Below, piece after piece: positions 34,218-46,472 of a stretch of DNA of 64,000 nucleotides. Under the pieces are notes generated by a model. It saw only the letters and a list, made by a program, of their open reading frames with translations, had not been told where the DNA came from and did not search any database. Position numbers and translations under genes: made by a program. Position 1 is the first letter of the stretch. Each line of letters opens with the position of its first letter. The stretch is from Marsupella aquatica (Eukaryota; Plantae; Marchantiophyta): positions 18,076,457-18,140,456 of the forward strand of contig OZ316897.1 of the NCBI GenBank assembly GCA_973895155.1. The letters run 5' to 3'.

Positions 34218-37200
34218 GCCAAAGTTGCTCATCAGGAAAGTCATCAGAGAGACTATGCTCATTCACAGGACCAGGAAGTCGGGATAAAAAATCCGCATTC
34301 TCATGATGCTGCCCTGGCCGCACCTGAACCTCGTAATCGAACTCCTGCAACAGAAGAACCCAGCGAGCCACTCGTCCCGAAAGGTCCACTTGATTGACTA
34401 AATACTTCAAGGAATTATGGTCCGTATGGAAAACAACCTGATAGCCGAGCAAGTAGTGGCGGAATTTCTTACATGCGAACACAATTGCCAAAGCTTCCCT
34501 CTCAGTAATAGTGTAATGTTTTTCCGCTGCACTCATCTGCCTGCTTGCATAGTAAATCGGATGGTCCCTATTTGCTTCATCGCGTTGGCTGAGATTAGCC
34601 CCTACACAGAAAGTAGAAGCATCAGTGAAAACATGAAACTTCTTACTCCAATTAGGAGGGGACAAGACTGGAGCGGTCACCAAACATTCCTTCAAGGCTT
34701 GAAAAGCAGCCTGTCGCTCAGGGGTCCAAGTGTAAGGAACCTCTTGCTTCAGCAACTGAGTGAGGGGTAGAGCCCTATCCGAGTACTTATGTATAAATCG
34801 TCGATAGTAACCCACGTGTCCCAGGAACCCCCTCAACTGCTTCAAATCAGCCGGAGGTCGCAGCTCTAAGATCACTCAAATTTTTTCTTTATCCACCTCA
34901 ATACCTCGCTGAGAAATGACATGGCCCAACAAAATGCCTTCCTGCATTCCAATGTAGCACTTTTCTGGGTGTAGGCACAGCTGAGCGTCCCGGCACTTCT
35001 GAAAGGTCTTCTCAAGGTGTATCAAGTGGTCAGCCACAGAATTAGAAAACACACAGAAGTCGTCAATAAAAATTTCCATGAAGCGCCTCAAATACTCCTG
35101 AAAAATAATCATCATTATGCGCTGGAAAGTTCCAGGGGCATTACATAGGCCGAAAGGCATCATGGTGAAAGCATATGTGCCCCAGTCGGTGGTAAAAGTA
35201 GTCTTATCGCGGTCCTCCTGACGAATTGAGACTTGGTTGTATCCGGAATACCCATCCAAAAAACTATACCATTCATGACGTGCGACTAAATCCAGGACGG
35301 AGTCAATGAACGGGAGAGGGTAATGGTCCTTACGAGTGGCAGCATTCAGTCTCCGGAAATCCTGACAAACACGGATCTTCATCTTTCCATCCGGACCAGG
35401 CTTTTTGGGAACGATGACAATAGGGGATACCCACTCGCTGCTCAGTACAGGGTAAATAAACCCAGCAGAGGTAAGCTTATCTAACTCATCTTTAACAAGA
35501 ACTAAGTACTTGGGGTTGAGACGGTATTGCCTCTGGCGAACTGGAACTGCCCCTTCCATCAGGTCAATCCTATGTTCTCCAAGGTGTGGGTGTATCCCCT
35601 TCAAATCTGCATGACTCCAGGCAAACACGTCCTTGTATTGGGTTAGCAGCAAAATATACCGTTCTCTCAGCTCGCCCTGGATGTGCTGACCGATGTTGAG
35701 GAACTTACCAGGTTCGATCTCAATTTTCTGGCACGCAGCAGTGTCTACTATCCCTTCAGTAAGACCCGCTGGTCTGAGTTCAAATTCTCTAAACTTTGGA
35801 AGCTCCATATCCGCCTCCTCCAAATGGGGTGAGCGCTCTTCCTCAACACAGGGCGCTTCTAGTTGCGGGGCCTCCTGGTCATTCTGTGATTGTCACGACT
35901 CCTTGGGTACTTGAGCAGATCCCCTAGCAGATACGTCCGCATAGTACAACTCCAAATATCAAACCTCTTCCAACTCAAACTCTAGAGGGTCCAAAATTAA
36001 AGTAGAATCCGAAAAGTCCGAAGTGTATCCATCATCGGTCACAGTCTCACCTTGATGTCTGTCTGGTGCCCAGCTCACCACCACCTTGGGTTGTCCAAAG
36101 GTTAATTCTCGAGTCCTCCAATTCACCTGTACATGAGCCTTGTACAGCCAAGGTCGACCCAACAAAATGGGGAAACTCGAAGGAGTATCAGGACTAATGA
36201 CAATATACTCCAAGGAAAAAGGAACCCCAGCAATGAGAGTTTCCACTCCACTTAGTCTCCCCACAGGGACAACTCGTGATTGGTCCGCCATCCGCAAAAT
36301 CTTTGGTGTGCTCTCCAACTTTGTGAAGCCAAGACCGAACGCTGTCTGCTGAGTCATAAGATTAACACTAGAGCCTCCATCAACTGGGACTCCCTTCACC
36401 ACACATCCCTGAACCTGTACCTCGATCTCGGGTGGGCCTAAATCCTGACTGATCACTCGTAGCACCTCCACCTCCGGTAACTTCCGTCTTCGTCTTCGAC
36501 CAGTGAGGAGACCTCGAAGCTGCCGTCTGTACACTGGGTTATCTTGCAATAGTTCCCCTATAGTAATCTGAGCTGGGGAGTTCTTCACATCTGCCAAAAT
36601 GTCATATCCTTGAGAAGGACCAATGGGAGAATTGTGCTTTGGTGCCTTTACCTCCTTCAGGGTGGGGTCGGGAGGAGTCTCCTTTACTAGCTCCTTCAAT
36701 TGAGCTTTGACCTCTGAAGAAATATCGGGTAGAAAGTATTTCGGATCGTACCGATCATAAGCTGGATCCTGGTCCTTGGGAAGTCCTTCCTCTATTGGTG
36801 CACGAGGTTTACTCTCCGTGTTTTTCTTCTTTACAACAGCCAATTCCTTCTCCTCCTTTCGCTTGGAGCGAGTGGTGGCATAAATATTTTTCAAGACCTT
36901 GTCCCTGTCCTGCACTCTCGCATTAGGTAGTCCCACCACTTCCGGTTTCACTAAGTGCTCCACCATGACATCGGGTACTACTCCGGATAAAGATTGAGCA
37001 AAGAGTGAATCGGCCTTCCCTTCGACACGATTTACCTGTGTATGATGAATCAATCCACAATGCTCAACTTCTTCGGAGTATACCATGCGAACCTTTGCTT
37101 CCGGCGCCTGGTAGTCTCCTTAATTGGTTCCTGGGCAAAGCGCACCATCATTTTGGGTTTGGGAGGATTGGGGCATTCAACTGGCAGGTGGCCCTCTTTA

Positions 37201-37478
37201 TGACAATTCCCACAGACTGGCGTGTAGCCTTCCTCCTGCCTAGGGTAGGGGCATTGAGGAGAATAGTGGTCTGGTTGACCACAGTTCCAACAAGAGCCCT
37301 TTGCTCGAGGTGCACCACGAGGTGGATATCCTCCAGGAGGTCCCATAGGTGGCCTCGGCACTGCTCGACCATAATTCGGCTTCGAAGATGCCCATGCTGG
37401 TCCAGGAGCTGGTTGAGGTGTCGATGGGAAATACTGACTTCCCCCAGGTGCTATCACAGCATAGGAATTATCAGTCAT
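34218..37478 (-). pseudogene. pol: Gypsy nucleocapsid-protease-RT-RNase H, disrupted
   Basis: Two CCHC knuckles, VDGGSSVNL/ILLGRPWL, LDGYSGY, MPFGLCNAP, IFIDDF, FTDAS, EREALA. Stops at 35959, 35893 and 34876; 2-bp insertion near 37105. Confidence 0.95.
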
Positions 37479-39117
37479 AACCCTCCGCCTCCTCCTGCAT
37501 CTGCATGTAATTTACCTTCAGATTGGAATTCGGGCATTCACTTGGATAATGGCCTTGCTGATTGCAACGAGCACACCAAACGTTTACTCTCATAGCAGGC
37601 GGTTGTCGTCTCACAGGTTTAAGAGCAGCAATGTTGACACTTAATTTAGACAACTTGCCACTAAGATCTGACATCAACCGATCCAGGTTCTTCGGGTGAG
37701 TGGTCTTGGAGGCCCCCTTGCTGGAAGATTTCTTCTTTGGAGTAGATTTCTCCGAATCTGAAGAAGAGGTCGAACTCTCACTGGTAGTGGTCGTGGAGCT
37801 GTACTCGTCGTCACTGGAACTGCTAGTGGTTTCTGCCTCCGATTCTGAGCTGTCCTTGGATTTTTTTTTCTTCTTATGCCTATCTCGTTTCAAGTCCTTC
37901 CTCACCCGTTTCTTCCCTGAAATCTCAGAATCGACATACTTCTGTGCGGCTTCTTGTGCTTCATCAAAAGTCGTGCCTCCCTCTCTCCTCACATATCGGG
38001 CAATACGGGAAGGTAGCCCGTTGACAAACCAATCTCTCACAGTTAATTTAGAAGTGGCAGGGTTATACTGGTCAACCAAATCCAACAGTTTATCAGCGTA
38101 TTTTCTTACCGAGCCATGCTTCTTCATACGTAAGTGAGATATCCGAGTAAATGCTCGGGCTGCTGCTCCATCTTCTTGGAATTTAGCCAAGAACGCAGCC
38201 TTCACACTGGGCCAATCCTGTTTGGTTGGGAACCGATCGTACCATTTCTGTGCTCTTTTCTTCATTAGCCCCCCGAATAAATTGGCTTTCTCTGCATCCA
38301 GGCTCTGCCCATTAGAAGTTGCTGAGGCCTCAAACTCCTTCAGGTAAACCTCTGCATCCTCCTTTGAGGTCCCAAAAAATCTATCATACCGCACATGGTT
38401 CCGGGCCATTGTAACTACGGGCGCTGCTGAAGAAGGAGAGGCGCTCTTAGTACTTCCGGGGGTAGAGGTCCCGCCTCGTGGCGTGCGGGTTGTGCTGGAA
38501 GGTAAACTGGAATTTGATGTACCACTTCCCAACGAAGATACTCCCGAGTGGGATGTCTGAGATGTATACAGGTTATCTAAGTCCTCAACGCCTCCCAATG
38601 GTACCACAAAAACACTCTCAGGAGTGTCATAAGGGTCTTGGGCAATCTCTGGTAAAGCGGTGCCTGGCGTCGTAGTTGTGACTTCTGCGGGTTGCTCAAG
38701 GCTACCTTGGTTCTGCTCCTCCTGCGGGGTAAGTGAGTTCTCTCGTTCTTGCCACACCAGAGATGTTCCGAAAGTTTTAAAACTCGATGGAGTTATGTGA
38801 TCATCCAAACTACTGGCTCGTCTTAAACTCCCCAAAATTCCAGGCTTCTTTCGAGGCTTTTGTGGGACAATCAACTTCGGTCCAGAACGTAAGTTCACAA
38901 ATCCTGGTCTACTAGAAGTTGGCACTTCCAGAGTTCCCCTCGAATCATTCTGCTGAATGAGGGATAATCTCGCGTTTACACTTCCAGGTGGCGGAAAGTC
39001 TGGTGACTGAAATTCTGCAATTAACCCCCTCGGTTGAACCGGTGATTCGAAGGATGGGACTTGGGACGTCGAGACTCGGGTTTCCTCCTTGCCTGGTTGC
39101 TGATTTTTCTCAGTCAT
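37471..39117 (-). CDS. gag: Gypsy Gag (548 aa)
   Basis: Retrotrans_gag-like FFG..EDAEVYLKEFE...AQKWY...W..VKAAFLAKF...FVNGL and CARCNQQGHYPSEC knuckle. Confidence 0.9.
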   Translation of the reverse strand: MTEKNQQPGKEETRVSTSQVPSFESPVQPRGLIAEFQSPDFPPPGSVNARLSLIQQNDSRGTLEVPTSSRPGFVNLRSGPKLIVPQKPRKKPGILGSLRRASSLDDHITPSSFKTFGTSLVWQERENSLTPQEEQNQGSLEQPAEVTTTTPGTALPEIAQDPYDTPESVFVVPLGGVEDLDNLYTSQTSHSGVSSLGSGTSNSSLPSSTTRTPRGGTSTPGSTKSASPSSAAPVVTMARNHVRYDRFFGTSKEDAEVYLKEFEASATSNGQSLDAEKANLFGGLMKKRAQKWYDRFPTKQDWPSVKAAFLAKFQEDGAAARAFTRISHLRMKKHGSVRKYADKLLDLVDQYNPATSKLTVRDWFVNGLPSRIARYVRREGGTTFDEAQEAAQKYVDSEISGKKRVRKDLKRDRHKKKKKSKDSSESEAETTSSSSDDEYSSTTTTSESSTSSSDSEKSTPKKKSSSKGASKTTHPKNLDRLMSDLSGKLSKLSVNIAALKPVRRQPPAMRVNVWCARCNQQGHYPSECPNSNLKVNYMQMQEEAEGYD

Positions 39118-39167
39118 TCCTCATTTCTCTACCCCTCTTGATACTGCCTGCCTCCTCCTTTACCAGC

Positions 39168-39707
39168 TTAAAAGGATCGCAACACCATTTCAGGAAATTC
39201 CATGACTGGGGGATCGATTATAACAAAATCCATAACATAGTATTCATCCCCCACTTGAATAGCAAGTGACCTAAGTTCCCCTACAGGTCGAAGGATATGC
39301 CCGTCATACCAAATCCTAACTGTGGTGGCAAAAAGTGGTCCCAAATTTAATTGTTCTACCAACCAAGAAGAAAGCAAATTCACTCTCGAACCTCTGTCCA
39401 GCCTTACTGTTCTAATCAAGAAGTCGTCCACCCTTACTTGAAACTCAAAGGTACTTCCCTGAACCTAGGGCATGATAGCGTCCGGGCCAGCTTCAAATCT
39501 GAGGGCGCCCCTTGCTATCCCGTAGCGCTCCGTCTGTAACTGCCGCACAAGTCCAATCTCCGAATTTTCCGCTTCCGGCTGGAGTCGTCCTTTGCTATCT
39601 AATAGCGCTCTCCTCCAGAACTTCCTCTTGAGCGTAATGGTTTGGATCTCCCTCGAATCTCCCTGAAATCTCCCTGAACCCAGGGCCTCCCCCTTCAACA
39701 GAACCAA
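39168..39707 (-). pseudogene. Extra ORF upstream of gag with a retropepsin-like domain
   Basis: RLDRGSRVNLL...VGELRSLAIQVG...MDFVII. 39465..39707 and 39168..39431 are in one frame across a single TAG. Confidence 0.7.
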
Positions 39708-40066
39708 TACATCCTCAACCCGCGGCGCTCTTCATAGTAAAGCAGCGCTCCTCTCCTGATACTGTACAAAAAAGTAACACTTCCCTCCGTCTGGACCAAG
39801 AATCCGCCCCTGCCAGAGAATTATGCACCATTTCGCTTTTCTTTCTTAATGGTGCGTTCTTTTCTCCTTTCAGTTGCACGGAGCGCTCTCCTTCGCCACA
39901 ATTCTTCAAAAGAAGGTGGTGCATTGTCAATGGTGAAAGAATAGGTCTCAAATGTCATCACCGGCCATTCCACAGATGGCTCCATGAGGCCAAAATTCTC
40001 CCTTCTAAGCTCTTAAAATCCTTCACTACAAGTGGCATTCACTGCCTGAGTTTCAATTACTTCCAA

Positions 40067-40089
40067 TTCGTTCCCCGGCAGCGGCGCCA
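40067..40089 (-). promoter_or_regulatory. PBS, tRNA-Asp type
   Basis: Identical to the PBS of the nested element; 8 nt from the LTR. Confidence 0.88.
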
Positions 40090-40097
40090 AAAATCTA

Positions 40098-41526
40098 TGT
40101 GGTATAGGTCTATAAATAAAACACAAGGTTTAAAGCCAAAGATAACCCAAAGTCGATCCCGTAAAGAACAAAGTGGAAGCTATTGAAGGAAATAGTGTTA
40201 ATGAAGAGATATAAGCTGACCTCTCAAATTTCTCTATCTTCAACCGATCAAACACAGAATAAAATCAACCAGTAACAACTAATTCTGGAATCATGATTGA
40301 AGGTGGATTTACATAAGGAAGAATTCAAGGAATATGAATGGCATTGCCCTTCCTTCAACAAAGATTAGGGTCTTACTCAACCCATTCTCCTATATTCTTC
40401 TCCTTCAAAATCTCGCTCTTGTCATGAGAAGATCACAGGAAAGATATAATCTCTACCGTTTTCAAGGTAAATTTCAGATTATAATTGCCGAGCTTTGCAT
40501 TAAAATGATGGCAACACGGTTTGGCTAGGCATCAGGTATGGCATAGACAAAACACTAATGCAAAAGTCCAGGGCATAATAATGGTACTCTTGTCCCTCAA
40601 TGATAGATTTGACACTTTCCTATAAACATTCATCTTTGAATTTTGAATGATTCTCATCACTGTAAGCAATCAATCATAAAATTCATCTTGATTTCCAGAA
40701 GTTGAACATACACTTGTTTATCGAGGAATCTTTCAAAACAAATTCCTCAACACAAACATTTACTTCATTTGCAATCTCTACAACTGAATAGATCACAAAC
40801 AAAGGGAGCGACCGGGAGTCTTGCATCTACAGCCAGGCTTCCAATTTAGTCCTTCTCACCCGAAATGAGGAAAAACAAGGGCTTAAGTATCATCAAAGTC
40901 AGGGCAGAGAAAGTGTTCCCTAGAATCTAGAAAGAAAAGTAACTAAAATGAGATCTAGAAAGGCTGATCTAAACTAAACTACATACTGTAGTTTTAACTA
41001 GTATGAAAAGTAGTAGAGTACTGAGTGCTGCTAACTAGAAAAGAGACTTCTTACTATGGTGGAAAATCAACTAGTAGCGCTGTCGGTAAAACAATAGTGA
41101 ACATCTACTTAGTAAACTTACTAAAGGTGCTCTGAGTAAGTAAATAGTGCTGTCTTAAGAACTACTAACAGAGGGCGCCTCTTATGAGTTGACACTTCTG
41201 CCCAAAAATTATCCCTGTTTTACTCGCAGCGCCCTGTCTTCAATCAGGGGTGTCACATTACAGCTTCAACAATTGTCCTAAGCCTTCGGTTTTCTTCCTC
41301 GACCTGCATAGCTCCTCCGCCAGTACTCATTCTTTCTCGCGCTCTTACTGCTACCGGTCACCAGGTTGAAGCGCTCATTTCTTGGTAAAGGCCGTTCCTC
41401 TTCCCTACTCACTTAATGCTCTTTATGGCTAATTATCCTGCTTACAACCTCAAAGTTTCTAACTTCCATCCAAAAAAATTAAAAATGTCTCCTATTTAGA
41501 AGATTATCGCTAACGGGTATACCACA
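40098..41526 (-). repeat. Gypsy 5' LTR (1429 bp)
   Basis: 9-bp terminal inverted repeat TGTGGTATA...TATACCACA next to the PBS. Confidence 0.9.
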
Positions 41527-42854
41527 GCCTTGTTGCGCCTCTGACGTACCCAATTGATTTACCAAAAATCTACTTGGCCCAAATCTTTGAGTTTGACTTC
41601 ATTATTCCCTTGCAAGGTTAGTCAGGAGGGTCCATGACATATGTCAACCAGGGTTATGACAAACAACCTACGTATACTAAGAACATACAAGCCAACAATA
41701 TAAGAGGGGTTTTATGGGGAGGAAATGCACAGTTGGGGCCAGTCTGGAGAGAACAAGCAAACCAGGCCCAATCTCAACCCCATTTTGGCCCCCCAATCTG
41801 TCCTCACTCCTACTTTGTTACATCAACAAGGGTAGATTGCAATTCTATGGCAGTTCATTCCATACCCCCAACAAACACAAAAGAGACTGACCATCACTAG
41901 AGGGGTTTGATGATAAAATACAAGCTGACCCCAAAATGGGTTTGTTTTTTCCTTTAATTTACTGCCCCTTGTTGATTAATTTTTTTTGCCGTCCCAAGGT
42001 TAGTTTTCTTTCTCCCAAATTTGTGTTTCTTTACCTCAATCCCCTATATCATTTTTCTGTCCCTCTCTCTTGTTTGATCTTTTCCTCCCCTTGGAACTTG
42101 ATGAAGAAGGGAATGGAAGGGAGGTTTGGGACCGAGGGCATGCAGGTGTGCAAGTTGTTGACGCTCTGGCCCACTTTTACCTACACATGCAAGGCAAGGC
42201 AAGGTACCAAATTCATGGGGTTTCTACTCAAACTCTAAATAATAATTCTGTTTTTTGTGTGTTAGTGGCTTCTGTCAGCTAATTTTCAGGTCAACATTAA
42301 TCTTTCATGTTGACCATGTCATTATAATTTGACATCAATTTCCTTCCAACAATTTTCATTTAGATATGTGCATTGCACATGACATATGACTTGCCTCCTG
42401 TCTCCCTTCCTCATTCACTTGATCCTCCCCTCCCTTTCCAACATTCCTCCCTTGCTTGCCATCTTCATTGCCCACCATATTTGTGCTTACCATGTGCCAT
42501 TCAGCATTTCTTAGAGCATTACGCAATGTTCACATGTTTGTGTGTCTATGAAAATGATCTATGTCTATTTTACATCCAAGTTTTGCCCTCCCTTTCACAA
42601 TACTCAATTTCCCCTCTCTCAATGACTTGCCCACTTCTGCTTTAGTCCATGAATAATCAAGAGATGCTCTCATCCATGAATGATAGCATACATTGTGGTA
42701 GATGCAAGGTTACTAAGCATGGTACATAAAACTCTCCATCAAGGAGATTTGAAAACTGACGTCCTATCAAGGCAGAGGTTTGGTCTAGCACCCCAATTTA
42801 TATACTTTTAATGTCAATGTAATTGTATATCCAATATTGTAGGTGGATATTATT

Positions 42855-43680
42855 ATTATTATTATTACTACTACTACTATTTTTTAAATTAAAATTTATT
42901 CCGCGTGAACCCCACAGATGGGGGGAACCAGCAGGCCCAAAGGCAAAAGGGAGCCAAAATGACAAAGGATAACAGCCTTGAAAAGCCACAAAAGACAAGT
43001 GACCCTAAAAGGACCAGCAATCCCACACCACTACACAGATAATGCAATACATTGCACTAGCCCACCAGGAGCAGAATCAGCCAGCCTGAGTACTCACAGC
43101 CTAATACAGTTATCAGGAACATAGTCTTTCAAAGCCACCAAAAGTCACAGTCTACCAAGCGGGAGAGCAATACCCGAAGTCAGGAAACACTAGCCCAAAA
43201 GAACAGCAAAGCACATCGTCTCCGTCCAACAGCAATAGTAGCAGAGTTCAGCCACAACACCACTAACCCTCCTAAGTAGTAAATCTAATCCCCCTTTGGG
43301 GTATCCATCTAATCCGGATGTAGTCTACAATTTCTTTGGCACGGAGCAACCGGGTGTGCTTCCTACCAGGAGGAGAACATCTCCCAGCCGCAATCAACAT
43401 GTCTGCGACCTCAGATAATACCAAGGAGAGGTCAAAACTTCTTTTCTTCCTATGATCAAATGTCTGTTCATTCCTGCCTAGCCAGATCGTCCACAAAACC
43501 TGGTATAGAATGAAAGCCTTCAGAGTGCAAATGCAATCCCGCCCAACAGTGGAGTCCAGCAAGGGAAGAAGGGCCACATGGGGCCAGTTGAACCAGCCAG
43601 CCAAACAGTCCTGTGTTACCTGCCAGCAGTGCCTAGCATGTTTGCACTCAAAAAAGATATGGGGAATTGATTCCCCATGA
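42855..43680 (-). mobile_element. Truncated LINE, duplicate of 11447-12272
   Basis: ORF 43272..43604 is identical to 11864..12196. Confidence 0.9.
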
Positions 43681-45940
43681 TAGGTGAATATTATTGATCA
43701 GGTGGCATAGAAATGACATCAAACAGTTGTAGACATTTGCACTAATCTATTCTACATTAATGAACATCAAAATGACTCAAAATGATTTTTGTGATGAAAT
43801 AAATTATGTATGTTGCAAATGTTATCATTGGGCATTGGCAATACCGAATTTCCTGGTGGTTCTAAAATTTGTCATTTTGCTAAGGCTAGCCAAAGACACA
43901 ACAAAACTTTTGTGCCATATTTAACATACAAATTCACCGGTATGAAAGGGGTTGTTGTGGGCTTTGAGGGGCGCAGTTTGCAGAATTCAATTGAAACCAA
44001 ACAAAAGAAATCCCACAAGAAAATGCTTAGATGCACAGATACCACAAAGTGGTAAAAGGCATAGGCAAGTGTTATTGGCTGTTAACCAAAGCTTGATGAC
44101 AAGTAGGAGAGGCCAGAAAGCTAGGATAAGCAATTTTTTCCAGCTGTGTATGAAGTGATGCAATCAGCTAGACTCCAGAATTAACCAGTGTAAACTGATA
44201 TGTGTTTGTAAAACCTCCGACCATGGCTACAAGAACAAATACACAATCAGTGATATATTGAACTGCCATTATATATAGCATACTCATCCTGGAACATGAA
44301 AAGTTATTTTGTCCTCTAGCAAAAAGTTTAAATTTTTTAGTGAAATATAGGTGATCTGGTTTTTTGTGGCAAATATAAATAGGACATTGATTAGGAAACG
44401 TGCTCGGGGGTTTCACTTCCATGAAAATGACATATCACGTGCGACGAAGGATAGGGCTGATTTATTGGTTCTAAGGGAAGACTTAAGAATTTTTGCAGAA
44501 GAACAATAGGGTCTTTTAAATTCAATTTTGAGACTTATAAGAACATTAGGGCCCTTTTAATCTAATTTTTGGAATATTCCAAGAATATTCCAACTTTATA
44601 GGGGTTAAAAAATAAATATTTTTTCTTACATTTTAGGGGGTCCAAGGCCTAAAAACGTCACAGGTGATGGGGAGGTCCCCATATAGTGAGACCCCCGAGG
44701 AAACGTGATATTGAAAAGTTGTGCACATAAGGTACAAGAATAAAAATACACATGTAAAGAAAAGTAATAATGAACATGAAAAATTTAAGTCTATGGTATT
44801 GGGTTCTGCACATACTATACACCAGTAAAGATAATGACACTCAAATGAATTAAAACCATAAATTTAGGACACAAAACAATGAGTAGAACTTAAAGACATG
44901 AGGAGTGCACTTTAATTAGATCATTTCTTCTTCACTAAGGGCTAGAACTTCCGTGAGCTTTGTTAAAGGGTGGATGATCAAAAGTATACCAAAGATTGAA
45001 AAATTTAGAGGGGTGTCGGATTAAATTCAAAATCTAAAGTATACAAGGGATGTACCTTGGTAAGACACATTGAATTACAATACACAAGAAAAAAAGTTTG
45101 AAAAAGACAAAATACTGGAAGATGGATTCACCATATAGCAGTTTCATTCTGGATATCCACTGAACTGCCACTCACCAGGTCAAACCTGGGAATATCCTTG
45201 TTTCTCACCAATGGTTTCCTTACAAAATGATATTTTGGGCAGAAACCAAGCCAAGCCATTGGATTCCCTTACCCATTTTCTCCATCATGGGATTTTTGAA
45301 AATGACATATTGTGACCCCTCTATGTGCCCCGTTGCTTGCCTTCCCATCCAAGAAGTTCCACCTCCATTTGCCCTCCCCATCCATTCAATCACCCTGACC
45401 CTCAGAGATCCAGATGCGGCCAATGCCCAAATGCCACCCTTGCCACCACAGCCATGCCTTGCCCTAAAGCCCACCTCACAAAGCCAGGCACAGCCCACAC
45501 CCTGAGCGCCAACCTTGCTTGTCTCCCCTGCATATTGCCCAAAAGCCCGCCCTCTGCTTCAAAGGGTACTTTTTGCATCAACAACATGGTTGCAACAATT
45601 GTTTAACAACCTAGCATTGCATGTTGCAACATTTGTGCACCACCCTAGCATTGACCTATTATTGAAAGACCATGTAAACATAGAGACGCCCTAGAAATGT
45701 ACATTGGTGGAACCCCTCTTTGTGGTACAGGAGGGGCCTTGGAGAGGTGGTGCAACATTCCTTGTACTCCTTGGAAACCCATAATTATCATTCTCTCAAA
45801 TACTCTTTTGCACAACAGTTGCTTGTAAGGTCCAGTAGCAGCAAAACCCAACGCTTCGACAAGTATGTCGAACGTTCTGCTCATCCATGGCACAGAGGAA
45901 TGAAAGCAGCAAACTTGAGACCTGAGCGTCGCACTCGCAG

Positions 45941-46472
45941 CTAAAACGATATGATCCAGCCGAAAGCATACTCCTCTCTCTCGCCGAACAGCTTCCCATT
46001 CTTTGCTTTGATCTCCTCCTTGGGCATCAGAGCCAGCCACTTGCCCGTATCAGCTCCTTCCGCAGCCTTCTGGCGGCTTAAACCCCCCTTTTAGCGCTGA
46101 GGCCAGCATGTCGGTGTTCACCAATCCGGGGCAAAATCCCACCACGTAAATTCGGTGCCCCACAGGCTGAGATTTGGCGAATTTCTTCGCCAAGGTGATT
46201 GTGTATCCGTTCATGAACATCTTCGACTCGTTGTAGATCGGCTCCTTCAGCTTGGGACACTCGTTTGGGCCCACGATCCACCCTTCCTCCTCCATTCGTC
46301 CCGCCTTGCTGTCCTCGAGGTACTTCGCAGCCAACGAGTCCATCAGCTCCACGGAATAGCTCTCCTTGTCCCGGAATTGCTTCTTCAAGCTCTCTCCCAG
46401 TCGCTCGTAGAGCGCCGCTCTAGAGGAAACGTTGATGATGCGTGCTCCGGCCGGGGACCAGCTGACGACCAT
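45941..46472 (-). pseudogene. SDR C-terminal fragment, duplicate
   Basis: Same as 14533-15064 with a V>I change; same frameshift. Confidence 0.88.

Larger units (their letters stand above)
10119..41526. repeat. Tandem segmental duplication, unit 1 (31408 bp including the 6126-bp nested insertion with its TSD)
   Basis: ORFs recur at +31408, then at about +25282 after the insertion. Homology starts at GCCTTGTTGCGCC (10119 and 41527). Confidence 0.97.
34213..41526 (-). mobile_element. Ty3/Gypsy element (Athila/OTA-like) with 5' LTR-PBS-gag-PR-RT-RH; integrase and 3' LTR missing
   Basis: Domain order, tRNA-Asp-type PBS and DDFPDEQL after RNase H. Its last ~30 bp lie at 28063-28091, across the nested insertion. 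Confidence 0.95.
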
